Below the pieces are notes generated by a model that ran no database searches, was not told where the DNA came from, and saw only the letters and a program-made list of their open reading frames with translations. A stretch of 64,000 bases of DNA. It comes from the human T2T-CHM13v2.0 reference genome, Homo sapiens. The stretch is taken from assembly GCF_009914755.1 (NCBI RefSeq), contig NC_060948.1. The stretch is one strand, 5' to 3'. Both the position numbers and the translations under genes were made by a program. Position 1 is the stretch's first letter; the number at the start of each line of letters is the position of its first letter. This document shows, piece by piece, positions 41,774 through 55,393 of this stretch.

Positions 41774-44700
41774 GGCCTGGAATAAAGTGGAATGCTACGG
41801 TCTCGAATGGAATAAAAATGTATGGAATGGAATGCAATGAAACGGAATCGAATGTCATAGAATGTAATGGAATGCAAAAAAATGGAATCCAAAATCATTG
41901 ACTGGAAAGGCTGGGTGTCGAAAGGAATTGACTCCAATGGAATGGAATCGAATGGAGTGGAAGTGAATAGAATCGAACTAAATCGAATGGAATGGAATTG
42001 ATAGGAACGGAATGGAAAGGAATGCAATGATTTGGCACGGAATGGAATCGAATGGCATCGAATGGAATGGAATGGAATGCAATGGAATGGAACGTATTAG
42101 AATGTAATGAACTTTAATGGAATGTACTCGAATGGATTCGACTGGAATGGAATGTTCTGGAAGTGAATGGACTCCAATGGAATGGATTCAAAAGGAATGG
42201 AATCGTACGGAATGGAATCTAATGGAATGGAATTAAATGGAAATGAATCAAATTGAATAGCAGGGAATTGAATTGAATGGAATCGAATGCAATGGAATCT
42301 AATGAAACGGAAAGGAAAGGAATGGAATGGAATGGAATGGGCTGGAATGGAAAGGAATCAAAACGAATGGAATGGAATCGAACTGAAGAGACTGGAATGG
42401 AATGCACTGGAATGGAAGGGAGTGTAATGGAAGGTTCTCGAAAAAAATGGAATCGAATGGAATGGAATTGAATGGAACGGAATAGAGTCGAATGGAATTG
42501 AATGGAATGGAATGGACTAGAGTGAAATGGAATCGAACCACAAGGAATGGACAGGAATAGAATGGTCTCGAATTGAATGGAATCGTATGGAATGGCATCA
42601 AACGGAATGGAATGGACAGCCACGGAATGGAATGCACTCGAATGCAATGGAGTCGAAACTAATGGACTGGAATAGAATGGACTCGACTGGTACGGACTCC
42701 AATGGAATGGAATCAAATGGAAGGGAATCGAACGGAATGGACTCGAAGGGAAAAGACTGCAATGGAAAGGTCTCGAATGGAATGGAAATAAATGGAATGG
42801 AATGGAATCGAATGAAATGGAGTCAAAAGGAATGGAATCGAATGGCAAGAAATCGAATGTAATGGAATCGCAAGGAATTGATGTGAACGGAACGGAATGG
42901 AATGGAATCCAAAGGAATGGAATAGAATGGAATGGAATCGAATGGAAAGGACTCGAATGGAAATCACTCGAATAGAATGCAATTTAATAAAATAGGACCA
43001 AATGTAATGGAATGGAATGGAAAGGAATCGAAACGGAAGGAATGGAGACAGATGGAATGGAATGGAACAGAGAGCAATGGTATAGAATGGAATGGAATCA
43101 TCTGGAATGGAATGGAATGGAATGGAATGAAATGCCCTTGAATTAAATGGACTGAAATGGAATGGACTCGAACAGAGTGGAATGGAAAGTGTTGAGATAG
43201 AATGGAATGGACTCTTTTGGAATGGTCTAGTATGCAATGCAATCGACTGGCAGGGAATCAAAAGGAATGTAATCGAATGGATTGGACTGGAATGCAATGG
43301 ACTCGAATAGATTGCAAACGGAATGCAAAGGAATGGAATGGAATAGTATGGAATGGAATGGAAAGGAATGGAGTGGAATAGACTAGAGTGGAATGCAATG
43401 GACTGGAAAGCAATGGACTGGAATGGAACTTTCTTGAATGGACTGGAATCAAACGGAATGGAATGCAATGCAATCAAATGGCATGGAATAAAATAGAATG
43501 AAAGAGAATCAAATGGAATTGAATCGAATGGAATCGAATGGATTGGAAAGGAATAGAATGGAATGGAATGGAATTGACTCAAATGGAATGGACTAGAATG
43601 GAATGGATTCGAATGGAAGGCAAAGGAATGGAATCTATTGGAATGGACTGTAATGGAATGGAATGGAAGGGATTGGAATGGACTCGAATGGAATGGACTG
43701 CAATAGAAAGGATTCGAATGGAATGAAAAAGAATTGAATGGAATAGAACAGAATGGAATCAAATCGAATGAAATGGAATGGAATAGAAAGGAATGGAATG
43801 AAATGGAATGGAAAGGATTCGAATGGAATGTAATCGAATGGAATGGAATCGAACGGAATGGAATAAAATGGAAGAAAACTGGCAAGAAATGGAATCGAAA
43901 TGAATGGAGTGTTATGGAACGGACTCAAAAGGAATTGAATGTAATAGAATGGAGTGGAGTGGACTCGAATATAATGGACTGGAATGGAATGAAATCACAT
44001 GGAATGGGAACGAATGGAATGGAATGGAAAGGAATGGAATCGAATGGAAAGGAATCGAATGGAAGGGAATGAAATTGAATCAACAGGAATGGAAGGGAAT
44101 AGAATAGACGGTAATGGAATGGACTCGAATAGAATGGACACGAATGCTCAAATTGAATGGACTCGAATGGAATGGAAACGAAAGGAATGTCATCGAATGG
44201 AATTGAATCGATTGGAATGAAATCGCATAGAATGGAGTGGAATCAAATGGAATTGAATCGAAAGGAAAGGAAGCGAATGGACTGAAATGAAATGGAATGG
44301 AATTGAATGGAAAGTAATGCAATGGAATAGAATGGAACGAAATTTCACGGAATGGAATCAAACTGAATGGAATCAAATCAATGGAATCAAATCAAATGGA
44401 ATGGAAAGGAATTGAATGGAGTAGATTGGATTGGATGGGATTGGAATGAAATGTACTGGAAAGGACTCGAATTTCATGAAACGGAATGGAATGAATTGGA
44501 ACGGAATGGACTCGAATGGAATGGAATGTCATGGAATGGCATCAAATGGAATGGCATCAAATGGAATGGAATCGAATGCAATGGAATGCTATGGAATGGA
44601 ATGGAATGCATTGGAATGGAATGTCCTCTAATGGAATGGATTCGAGTGGAATGGAATCGAATATAATGGAGTCGAATGAAATGGAATTGAAAGGAATGGG

Positions 44701-45307
44701 ATCGAATACAATGGAATATACTGGAATGTAATGTAATGAACTCGAATGTAATTGACTGGAATGGAATGTACATGAATGGAATGTAATCGAATGGAAAGTA
44801 ATCCAATGGAATAGAATCTAATGCAATAAAATCGACTCAGATAGAGTAGAATGTAATGGAATGGAGTGCAGTGCAATGGAATGGAATGGAATGGAATGCA
44901 ATTGAATGGAATGGAATGGAATGGAATGGAATGGAATGGAATGGGATGGAATGGTATGGAATGGATAGTAATGGACTGGAGTGAAATGGACTGGAAAGGA
45001 ATGGACTCAAATTGAAAGGGCTCGAAAGGAATGGAGTCAAATGGAATGGTCTGGAATGGAATGAACACGAATGTAATGCAATCCAATAGAATGGAATCGA
45101 ATGGCATGGAATATAAAGAAATGGAATCGAAGAGAATGGAAACAAATGGAATGGAATTGAGTGGAATGGAATTGAATGGAATGGGAACGAATGGAATGAA
45201 ATTGTATGCAGTAGAAGGGAATAGAATGGAATGCAAGCGAAAGGAAAGGAATGGATTGGAATGGAATGGAATTCATTGGAATGGAAGGGAATGTAGTGTA
45301 ATGGACA
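41774..45307 (+). repeat. DYZ1 unit 12, 3534 bp
   Basis: GGCC at 41774 and 45308. 30-bp deletion ~43104-43133. Confidence 0.9.
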
Positions 45308-48300
45308 GGCCTGGAATAAAGTGGAATGCTACGGTCTCGAATGGAATAAAAATGTATGGAATGGAATGCAATGAAACGGAATCGAATGTCATAGAATGTA
45401 ATGGAATGCAAAAAAATGGAATCCAAAATCATTGACTGGAAAGGCTGGGTGTCGAAAGGAATTGACTCCAATGGAATGGAATCGAATGGAATGGAAGTGA
45501 ATAGAATCGAACTAAATCGAATGGAATGGAATTGATAGGAACGGAATGGAAAGGAATGCAATGATTTGGCATGGAATGGAATCGAATGGCATCGAATGGA
45601 ATGGAATGGAATGCAATGGAATGGAATGTATTAGAATGTAATGAACTTTAATGGAATGTACTCGAATGGATTCGACTGGAATGGAATGTTCTGGAAGTGA
45701 ATGGACTCCAATGGAATGGATTCCAAAGGAATGGAATCGTACGGAATGGAATCTAATGGAATGGAATTAAATGGAAATGAATCAAATTGAATAGCACGGA
45801 ATTGAATTGAATGGAATGGAATGCAATGGAATCTAATGAAACGGAAAGGAAACGAATGGAATGGAATGGAATGGACGGGAATGGAGAGGAATCGAAACGA
45901 ATGGAATGGAATCGAACTGAAGAGACTGGAATGGAATGCACTGGAATGGAAGGGAGTGTAATGGAAGGTTCTCGAAAAAAATGGAATCGAATGGAATGGA
46001 ATTGAATGGAACGGAATAGAGTCGAATGGAATTGAATGGAATGGAATGGACTAGAGTGAAATGGAATCGAACCACAAGGAATGGACAGGAATAGAATGGT
46101 CTCGAATTGAATGGAATCGTATGGAATGGCATCAAACGGAATGGAATGGACAGCCACGGAATGGAATGCACTCGAATGCAATGGAGTCGAAACTAATGGA
46201 CTGGAATAGAATGGACTCGACTGGTACGGACTCCAATGGAATGGAATCGAATGGAAGGGAATCGAACGGAATGGACTCGAAGGGAAAAGACTGCAATGGA
46301 AAGGTCTCGAATGGAATGGAAATTAATGGAATGGAATGGAATCGAATGAAATGGAGTCAAAAGGAATGGAATCGAATGGCAAGAAATCGAATGTAATGGA
46401 ATCGCAAGGAATTGATGTGAACGGAACGGAATGGAATGGAATCCAAAGGAATGGAATAGAATGGAATGGAATCGAATGGAAAGGACTCGAATGGAAATCA
46501 CTCGAATAGAATGCAATTTAATAAAATAGGATCAAATGTAATGGAATGGAATGGAAAGGAATCGAAACGAAAGGAATGGAGACAGATGGAATGGAATGGA
46601 ACAGAGAGCAATGGTATAGAATGGAATGGAATCATCTGGAATGGAATTGAATGGAATGGAATAATATGAAATGGAATGGAATGGAATGGAATGGAATGCC
46701 CTTGAATTAAATGGACTGGAATGGAATGGACTCGAACAGAGTGGAATGGAAAGTGTTGAGATAGAATGGAATGGACTCCTTTGGAATGGTGTAGTATGCA
46801 ATGCAATCGACTGGCAGGGAATCAAAAGGAATGTAATGGAATGGACTGGACTGGAATGCAATGGACTCGAATAGATTGGAAACGGAATGCAAAGGAATGG
46901 AATGGAATAGTATGGAATGGAATGGAAAGGAATGGAGTGGAATAGACTAGAGTGGAATGGAATGGACTGGAAAGCAATGGACTGGAATGGAACTTTCTTG
47001 AATGGACTGGAATCAAACGGAATGGAATGCAATGCAATCAAATGGCATGGAATAAAATAGAATGAAAGAGAATCAAATGGAATTGAATCGAATGGAATCG
47101 AATGGATTGGAAAGGAATAGAATGGAATGGAATGGAATTGACTCAAATGGAATGGACTAGAATGGAATGGATTCGAATGGAAGGCAAAGGAATGGAATCT
47201 ATTGGAATGGACTGTAATGGAATGGAATGGAAGGGATTGGAATGGACTCGAATGGAATGGACTGCAATAGAAAGGATTCGAATGGAATGAAAAAGAATTG
47301 AATGGAATAGAACAGAATGGAATCAAATCGAATGAAATGGAATGGAATAGAAAGGAATGGAATGAAATGGAATGGAAAGGACTCGAATGGAATGCTATCG
47401 AATGGAATGGAATCGAAAGGAATGGAATAAAATGGAAGAAAACTGGCAAGAAATGGAATCGAAATGAATGGAGTGTTATGGAACGGACTCAAAAGGAATT
47501 GAATGTAATAGAATGGAGTGGAGTGGACTCGAATATAATGGACTGGAATGGAATGAAATCACATGGAATGGGAACGAATGGAATGGAATGGAAAGGAATG
47601 GAATCGAATGGAAAGGAATCGAATGGAAGGGAATGAAATTGAATCAACAGGAATGGAAGGGAATAGAATAGACGGTAATGGAATGGACTCGAATAGAATG
47701 GACACGAATGCTCAAATTGAATGGACTCGAATGGAATGGAAACGAAAGGAATGTCATCGAATGGAATTGAATCGATTGTAATGAAATCGCATAGAATGGA
47801 GTGGAATCAAATGGAATTGAATCGAAAGGAAAGGAAGCAAATGGACTGAAATGAAATGGAATGGAATTGAATGGAAAGTTATGTAATGGAATAGAATGGA
47901 ACGAAATTTCACGGAATGGAATCAAACTGAATGGAATCAAATCAATGGAATCAAATCAAATGGAATGGAAAGGAATTGAATGGAGTAGATTGGATTGGAT
48001 GGGATTGGAATGAAATGTACTGGAAAGGACTCGAATTTCATGAAACAGAATGGAATGAATTGGAACGGAACGGACTCGAATGGAATGGAATGTCATGGAA
48101 TGACATCAAATGGAATGGCATCAAATGGAATGGAATCGAATGCAATGGAAGGCTATGGAATGGAATGGAATGCATTGGAATGGAATGTCCTCTAATGGAA
48201 TGGATTCGACTGGAATGGAATCGAATATAATGGAGTCGAATGAAATGGAATTGAAAGGAATGGGATCGAATACAATGCAATATACTGGAATGTAATGTAA

Positions 48301-48856
48301 TGAACTCGAATGTAATTGACTGGAATGGAATGTACATGAATGGAATGTAATCGAATGGAAAGTAATCCAATGGAATAGAATCTAATGCAATAAAATCGAC
48401 TCAGATAGAGTAGAATGTAATGGAATGGAGTGCAGTGCAATGGAATGGAATGGAATGGAATGCAATGGAATGGAATGGAATGGAATGGAATGGAATGGAA
48501 TGGTGTGGAATGGATAGTAATGGACTGGAGTGAAATGGACTGGAAAGGAATGGACTCAAATTGAAAGGGCTCGAAAGGAATGGAGTCAAATGGAATGGTC
48601 TGGAATGGAATGAACACGAATGTAATGCAATCCAATAGAATGGAATCGAATGGCATGGAATATAAAGAAATGGAATCGAAGAGAATGGAAACAAATGGAA
48701 TGGAATTGAGTGGAATGGAATTGAATGGAATGGGAACGAATGGAGTGAAATTGTATGCAGTAGAAGAGAATAGAATGGAATGCAAGCGAAAGGAAAGGAA
48801 TGGATTGGAATGGAATGGAATTCATTGGAATGGAAGGGAATGTAGTGTAATGGACA
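45308..48856 (+). repeat. DYZ1 unit 13, 3549 bp
   Basis: GGCC at 45308 and 48857. Tract -15, lacking GGGAT. Confidence 0.9.
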
Positions 48857-51819
48857 GGCCTGGAATAAAGTGGAATGCTACGGTCTCGAATGGAATAAAA
48901 ATGTATGGAATGGAATGCAATGAAACGGAATCGAATGTCATAGAATGTAATGGAATGCAAAAAAATGGAATCCAAAATCATTGACTGGAAAGGCTGGGTG
49001 TCGAAAGGAATTGACTCCAATGGAATGGAATCGAATGGAATGGAAGTGAATAGAATCGAACTAAATCGAATGGAATGGAATTGATAGGAACGGAATGGAA
49101 AGGAATGCAATGATTTGGCATGGAATGGAATCGAATGGCATCGAATGGAATGGAATGGAATGCAATGGAATGGAATGTATTAGAATGTAATGAACTTTAA
49201 TGGAATGTACTTGAATAGATTCGACTGGAATGGAATGTTCTGGAAGTGAATGGACTCCAATGGAATGGATTCCAAAGGAATGGAATCGTACGGAATGGAA
49301 TCTAATGGAATGGAATTAAATGGAAATGAATCAAATTGAATAGCACGGAATTGAATTGAATGGAATGGAATGCAATGGAATCTAATGAAACGGAAAGGAA
49401 AGGAATGGAATGGAATCGAATGGAAAGGACTCGAATGGAAATCACTCGAATAGAATGCAATTTAATAAAATAGGATCAAATGTAATGGAATGGAATGGAA
49501 AGGAATCGAAACGAAAGGAATGGAGACAGATGGAATGGAATTGAACAGAGAGCAATGGTATAGAATGGAATGGAATCCTCTGGAATGGAATTGAATGGAA
49601 TGGAATAATATGAAATGGAATGGAATGGAATGGAATGGAATGCCCTTGAATTAAATGGACTGGAATGGAATGGACTCGAACAGAGTGGAATGGAAAGTGT
49701 TGAGATAGAATGGAATGGACTCCTTTGGAATGGTGTAGTATGCAATGCAATCGACTGGCAGGGAATCAAAAGGAATGTAATGGAATGGATTGGACTGGAA
49801 TGCAATGGACTCGAATAGATTGGAAACGGAATGCAAAGGAATGGAATGGAATAGTATGGAATGGAATGGAAAGGAATGGAGTGGAATAGACTAGAGTGGA
49901 ATGGAATGGACTGGAAAGCAATGGACTGGAATGGAACTTTCTTGAATGGACTGGAATCAAACGGAATGGAATGCAATGCAATCAAATGGCATGGAATAAA
50001 ATAGAATGAAAGAGAATCAAATGGAATTGAATCGAATGGAATCGAATGGATTGGAAAGGAATAGAATGGAATGGAATGGAATGGACTCAAATGGAATGGA
50101 CTAGAATGGAATGGATTCGAATGGAAGGCAAAGGAATGGAATCTATTGGAATGGACTGTAATGGAATGGAATGGAAGGGATTGGAATGGACTCGAATGGA
50201 ATGGACTGCAATAGAAAGGATTCGAATGGAATGAAAAAGAATTGAATGGAATAGAACAGAATGGAATCAAATCGAATGAAATGGAATGGAATAGAAAGGA
50301 ATTTAATGAAATGGAATGGAAAGGATTCGAATGGAATGCAATCGAATGGAATGGAATCGAACGGAATGGAATAAAATGGAAGAAAACTGGCAAGAAATGG
50401 AATCGAAATGAATGGAGTGTTATGGAACGGACTCAAAAGGAATTGAATGTAATAGAATGGAGTGGAGTGGACTCGAATATAATGGACTGGAATGGAATGA
50501 AATCACATGGAATGGGAACGAATGGAATGGAATGGAAAGGAATGGAATCGAATGGAAAGGAATCGAATGGAAGGGAATGAAATTGAATCAACAGGAATGG
50601 AAGGGAATAGAATAGACGGTAATGGAATGGACTCGAATAGAATGGACACGAATGCTCAAATTGAATGGACTCGAATGGAATGGAAATGAAAGGAATGTCA
50701 TCGAATGGAATTGAATCGATTGGAATGAAATCGCATAGAATGGAGTGGAATCAAATGGAATTGAATCGAAAGGAAAGGAAGCGAATGGACTGAAATGAAA
50801 TGGAATGGAATTGAATGGAAAGTAATGCAATGGAATAGAATGGAACGAAATTTCACGGAATGGAATCAAACTGAATGGAATCAAATCAATGGAATCTAAT
50901 CAAATGGAATGGAAAGGAATTGAATGGAGTAGATTGGATTGGATGGGATTGGAATGAAATGTACTGGAAAGGACTCGAATTTCATGAAACGGAATGGAAT
51001 GAATTGGAACGGAATGGACTCGAATGGAATGGAATGTCATGGAATGGCATCAAATGGAATGGCATCAAATGGAATGGAATCGAATGCAATGGAATGTTAT
51101 GGAATGGAATGGAATGCATTGGAATGGAATGTCCTCTAATGGAATGGATTCGAGTGGAATGGAATCGAATATAATGGAGTCGAATGAAATGGAATTGAAA
51201 GGAATGGGATCGAATAGAATGGAATATACTGGAATGTAATGTAATGAACTCGAATGTAATTGACTGGAATGGAATGTACATGAATGGAATGTAATCGAAT
51301 GGAAAGTAATCCAATGGAATAGAATCTAATGCAATAAAACCGACTCAGATAGAGTAGAATGTAATGGAATGGAGTGCAGTGCAATGGAATGGAATGGAAT
51401 GGAATGCAATGGAATGGAATGGAATGGAATGGAATGGAATGGAATGGAATGGAATGGGATGGAATGGTATGGAATGGATAGTAATGGACTGGAGTGAAAT
51501 GGACTGGAAGGAATGGACTCAAATTGAAAGGGCTCGAAAGGAATGGAGTCAAATGGAATGGTCTGGAATGGAATGAACACGAATGTAATGCAATCCAATA
51601 GAATGGAATCGAATGGCATGGAATATAAAGAAATGGATTCGAAGAGAATGGAAACAAATGGAATGGAATTGAATGGAATGGAATTGAATGGAATGGGAAC
51701 GAATGGAGTGAAATTGTATGCAGTAGAAGGGAATAGAATGGAATGCAAGCGAAAGGAAAGGAATGGATTGGAATGGAATGGAATTCATTGGAATGGAAGG
51801 GAATGTAGTGTAATGGACA
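48857..51819 (+). repeat. DYZ1 unit 14, truncated, 2963 bp
   Basis: GGCC at 48857 and 51820. 605-bp internal deletion at 49403-49416, tract +5, 1-bp deletion ~51509. Confidence 0.9.
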
Positions 51820-54800
51820 GGCCTGGAATAAAGTGGAATGCTACGGTCTCGAATGGAATAAAAATATATGGAATGGAATGCAATGAAACGGAATCGAATG
51901 TCATAGAATGTAATGGAATGCAACAAAATGGAATCCAAAATCATTGACTGGAAAGGCTGGGTGTCGAAAGGAATTGACTCCAATGGAATGGAATCGAATG
52001 GAATGGAAGTGAATAGAATCGAACTAAATCGAATGGAATGGAATTGATAGGAACGGAATGGAAAGGAATGCAATGATTTGGCATGGAATGGAATCGAATG
52101 GCATCGAATGGAATGGAATGGAATGTAATGGAATGGAATGTATTAGAATGTAATGAGCTTTAATGGAATGTACTCGAATGGATTCGACTGGAATGGAATG
52201 TTCTGGAAGTGAATGGACTCCAATGGAATGGATTCAAAAGGAATGGAATCGTACGGAATGGAATCTAATGGAATGGAATTAAATGGAAATGAATCAAATT
52301 GAATAGCACGGAATTGAATTGAATGGAATGGAATGCAATGGAATCTAATGAAACGGAAAGGAAAGGAATGGAATGGAATGGAATGGGCTGGAATGGAAAG
52401 GAATCGAAACGAATGGAATGGAATCGAACTGAAGAGACTGGAATGGAATGCACTGGAATGGAAGGGAGTGTAATGGAAGGTTCTCGAAAAAAATGGAATC
52501 GAATGGAATGGAATTGAATGGAACGGAATAGAGTCGAATGGAATTGAATGGAATGGAATGGACTAGAGTGAAATGGAATCGAACCACAAGGAATGGACAG
52601 GAATAGAATGGTCTCGAATTGAATGGAATCGTATGGAATGGCATCAAACGGAATGGAATGGACAGCCACGGAATGGAATGCACTCGAATGCAATGGAGTC
52701 GAAACTAATGGAATGGAATAGAATGGACTCGACTGGTACGGACTCCAATGGAATGGAATCGAATGGAAGGGAATCGAACGGAATGGACTCGAAGGGAAAA
52801 GACTGCAATGGAAAGGTCTCGAATGGAATGGAAATTAATGGAATGGAATGGAATCGAATGAAATGGAGTCAAAAGGAATGGAATCGAATGGCAAGAAATC
52901 GAATGTAATGGAATCGCAAGGAATTGATGTGAACGGAACGGAATGGAATGGAATCCAAAGGAATGGAATAGAATGGAATGGAATCGAATGGAAAGGACTC
53001 GAATGGAAATCACTCGAATAGAATGCAATTTAATAAAATAGGATCAAATGTAATGGAATGGAATGGAAAGGAATCGAAACGAAAGGAATGGAGACAGATG
53101 GAATGGAATAGAACAGAGAGCAATGGTATAGAATGGAATGGAATCATCTGGAATGGAATTGAATGGAATGGAATAATATGAAATGGAATGGAATGGAATG
53201 GAATGGAATGCCCTTGAATTAAATGGACTGGAATGGAATGGACTCGAACAGAGTGGAATGGAAAGTGTTGAGATAGAATGGAATGGACTCCTTTGGAATG
53301 GTGTAGTATGCAATGCAATCGACTGGCAGGGAATCAAAAGGAATGTAATCGAATGGATTGGACTGGAATGCAATGGACTCGAATAGATTGCAAACGGAAT
53401 GCAAAGGAATGGAATGGAATAGTATGGAATGGAATGGAAAGGAATGGAGTGGAATAGACTAGAGTGGAATGGAATGGACTGGAAAGCAATGGACTGGAAT
53501 GGAACTTTCTTGAATGGACTGGAATCAAACGGAATGGAATGCAATGCAATCAAATGGCATGGAATAAAATAGAATGAAAGAGAATCAAATGGAATTGAAT
53601 CGAATGGAATCGAATGGATTGGAAAGGAATAGAATGGAATGGAATGGAATGGACTCAAATGGAATGGACTAGAATGGAATGGATTCGAATGGAAGGCAAA
53701 GGAATGGAGTCTATTGGAATGGACTGTAATGGAATGGAATGGAAGGGATTGGAATGGACTCGAATGGAATGGACTGCAATAGAAAGGATTCGAATGGAAT
53801 GAAAAAGAATTGAATGGAATAGAACAGAATGGAATCAAATCGAATGAAATGGAATGGAATAGAAAGGAATGGAATGAAATGGAATGGAAAGGATTCGAAT
53901 GGAATGCAATCGAATGGAATGGAATCGAACGGAATGGAATAAAATGGAAGAAAACTGGCAAGAAATGGAATCGAAATGAATGGAGTGTTATGGAACGGAC
54001 TCAAAAGGAATTGAATGTAATAGAATGGAGTGGAGTGGACTCGAATATAATGGACTGGAATGGAATGAAATCACATGGAATGGGAACGAATGGAATGGAA
54101 TGGAAAGGAATGGAATCGAATGGAAAGGAATCGAATGGAAGGGAATGAAATTGAATCAACAGGAATGGAAGGGAATAGAATAGACGGTAATGGAATGGAC
54201 TCGAATAGAATGGACACGAATGCTCAAATTGAATGGACTCGAATGGAATGGAGACGAAAGGAATGTCATCGAATGGAATTGAATCGATTGGAATGAAATC
54301 GCATAGAATGGAGTGGAATCAAATGGAATTGAATCGAAAGGAAAGGAAGCGAATGGACTGAAATGAAATGGAATGGAATTGAATGGAAAGTAATGCAATG
54401 GAATAGAATGGAACGAAATTTCACGGAATGGGATCAAACTGAATGGAATCAAATCAATGGAATCAAATCAAATGGAATGGAAAGGAATTGAATGGAGTAG
54501 ATTGGATTGGATGGGATTGGAATGAAATGTACTGGAAAGGACTCGAATTTCATGAAACGGAATGGAATGAATTGGAACGGAATGGACTCGAATGGAATGG
54601 AATGTCATGGAATGGCATCAAATGGAATGGCATCAAATGGAATGGAATCGAATGCAATGGAATGCTATGGAATGGAATGGAATGCATTGGAATGGAATGT
54701 CCTCTAATGGAATGGATTCGAGTGGAATGGAATCGAATATAATGGAGTCGAATGAAATGGAATTGAAAGGAATGGGATCGAATACAATGGAATATACTGG

Positions 54801-55393
54801 AATGTAATGTAATGAACTCGAATGTAATTGACTGGAATGGAATGTAGATGAATGGAATGTAATCGAATGGAAAGTAATCCAATGGAATAGAATCTAATGC
54901 AATAAAATCGACTCAGATAGAGTAGAATGTAATGGAATGGAGTGCAGTGCAATGGAATGGAATGGAATGGAATGGAATGCAATTGAATGGAATGGAATGG
55001 AATGGAATGGAATGGAATGGAATGGAATGGGATGGAATGGTATGGAATGGATAGTAATGGACTGGAGTGAAATGGACTGGAAAGGAATGGACTCAAATTG
55101 AAAGGGCTCGAAAGGAATGGAGTCAAATGGAATGGTCTGGAATGGAATGAACACGAATGTAATGCAATCCAATAGAATGGAATCGAATGGCATGGAATAT
55201 AAAGAAATGGAATCGGAGAGAATGGAAACAAATGGAATGGAATTGAATGGAATGGAATTGAATGGAAAGGGAACGAATGGAGTGAAATTGTATGCAGTAG
55301 AAGGGAATAGAATGGAATGCAAGCGAAAGGAAAGGAATGGATTGGAATGGAATGGAATTCATTGGAATGGAAGGGAATGTAGTGTAATGGACA
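51820..55393 (+). repeat. DYZ1 unit 15, 3574 bp
   Basis: GGCC at 51820 and 55394. Tract +10. Confidence 0.9.
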
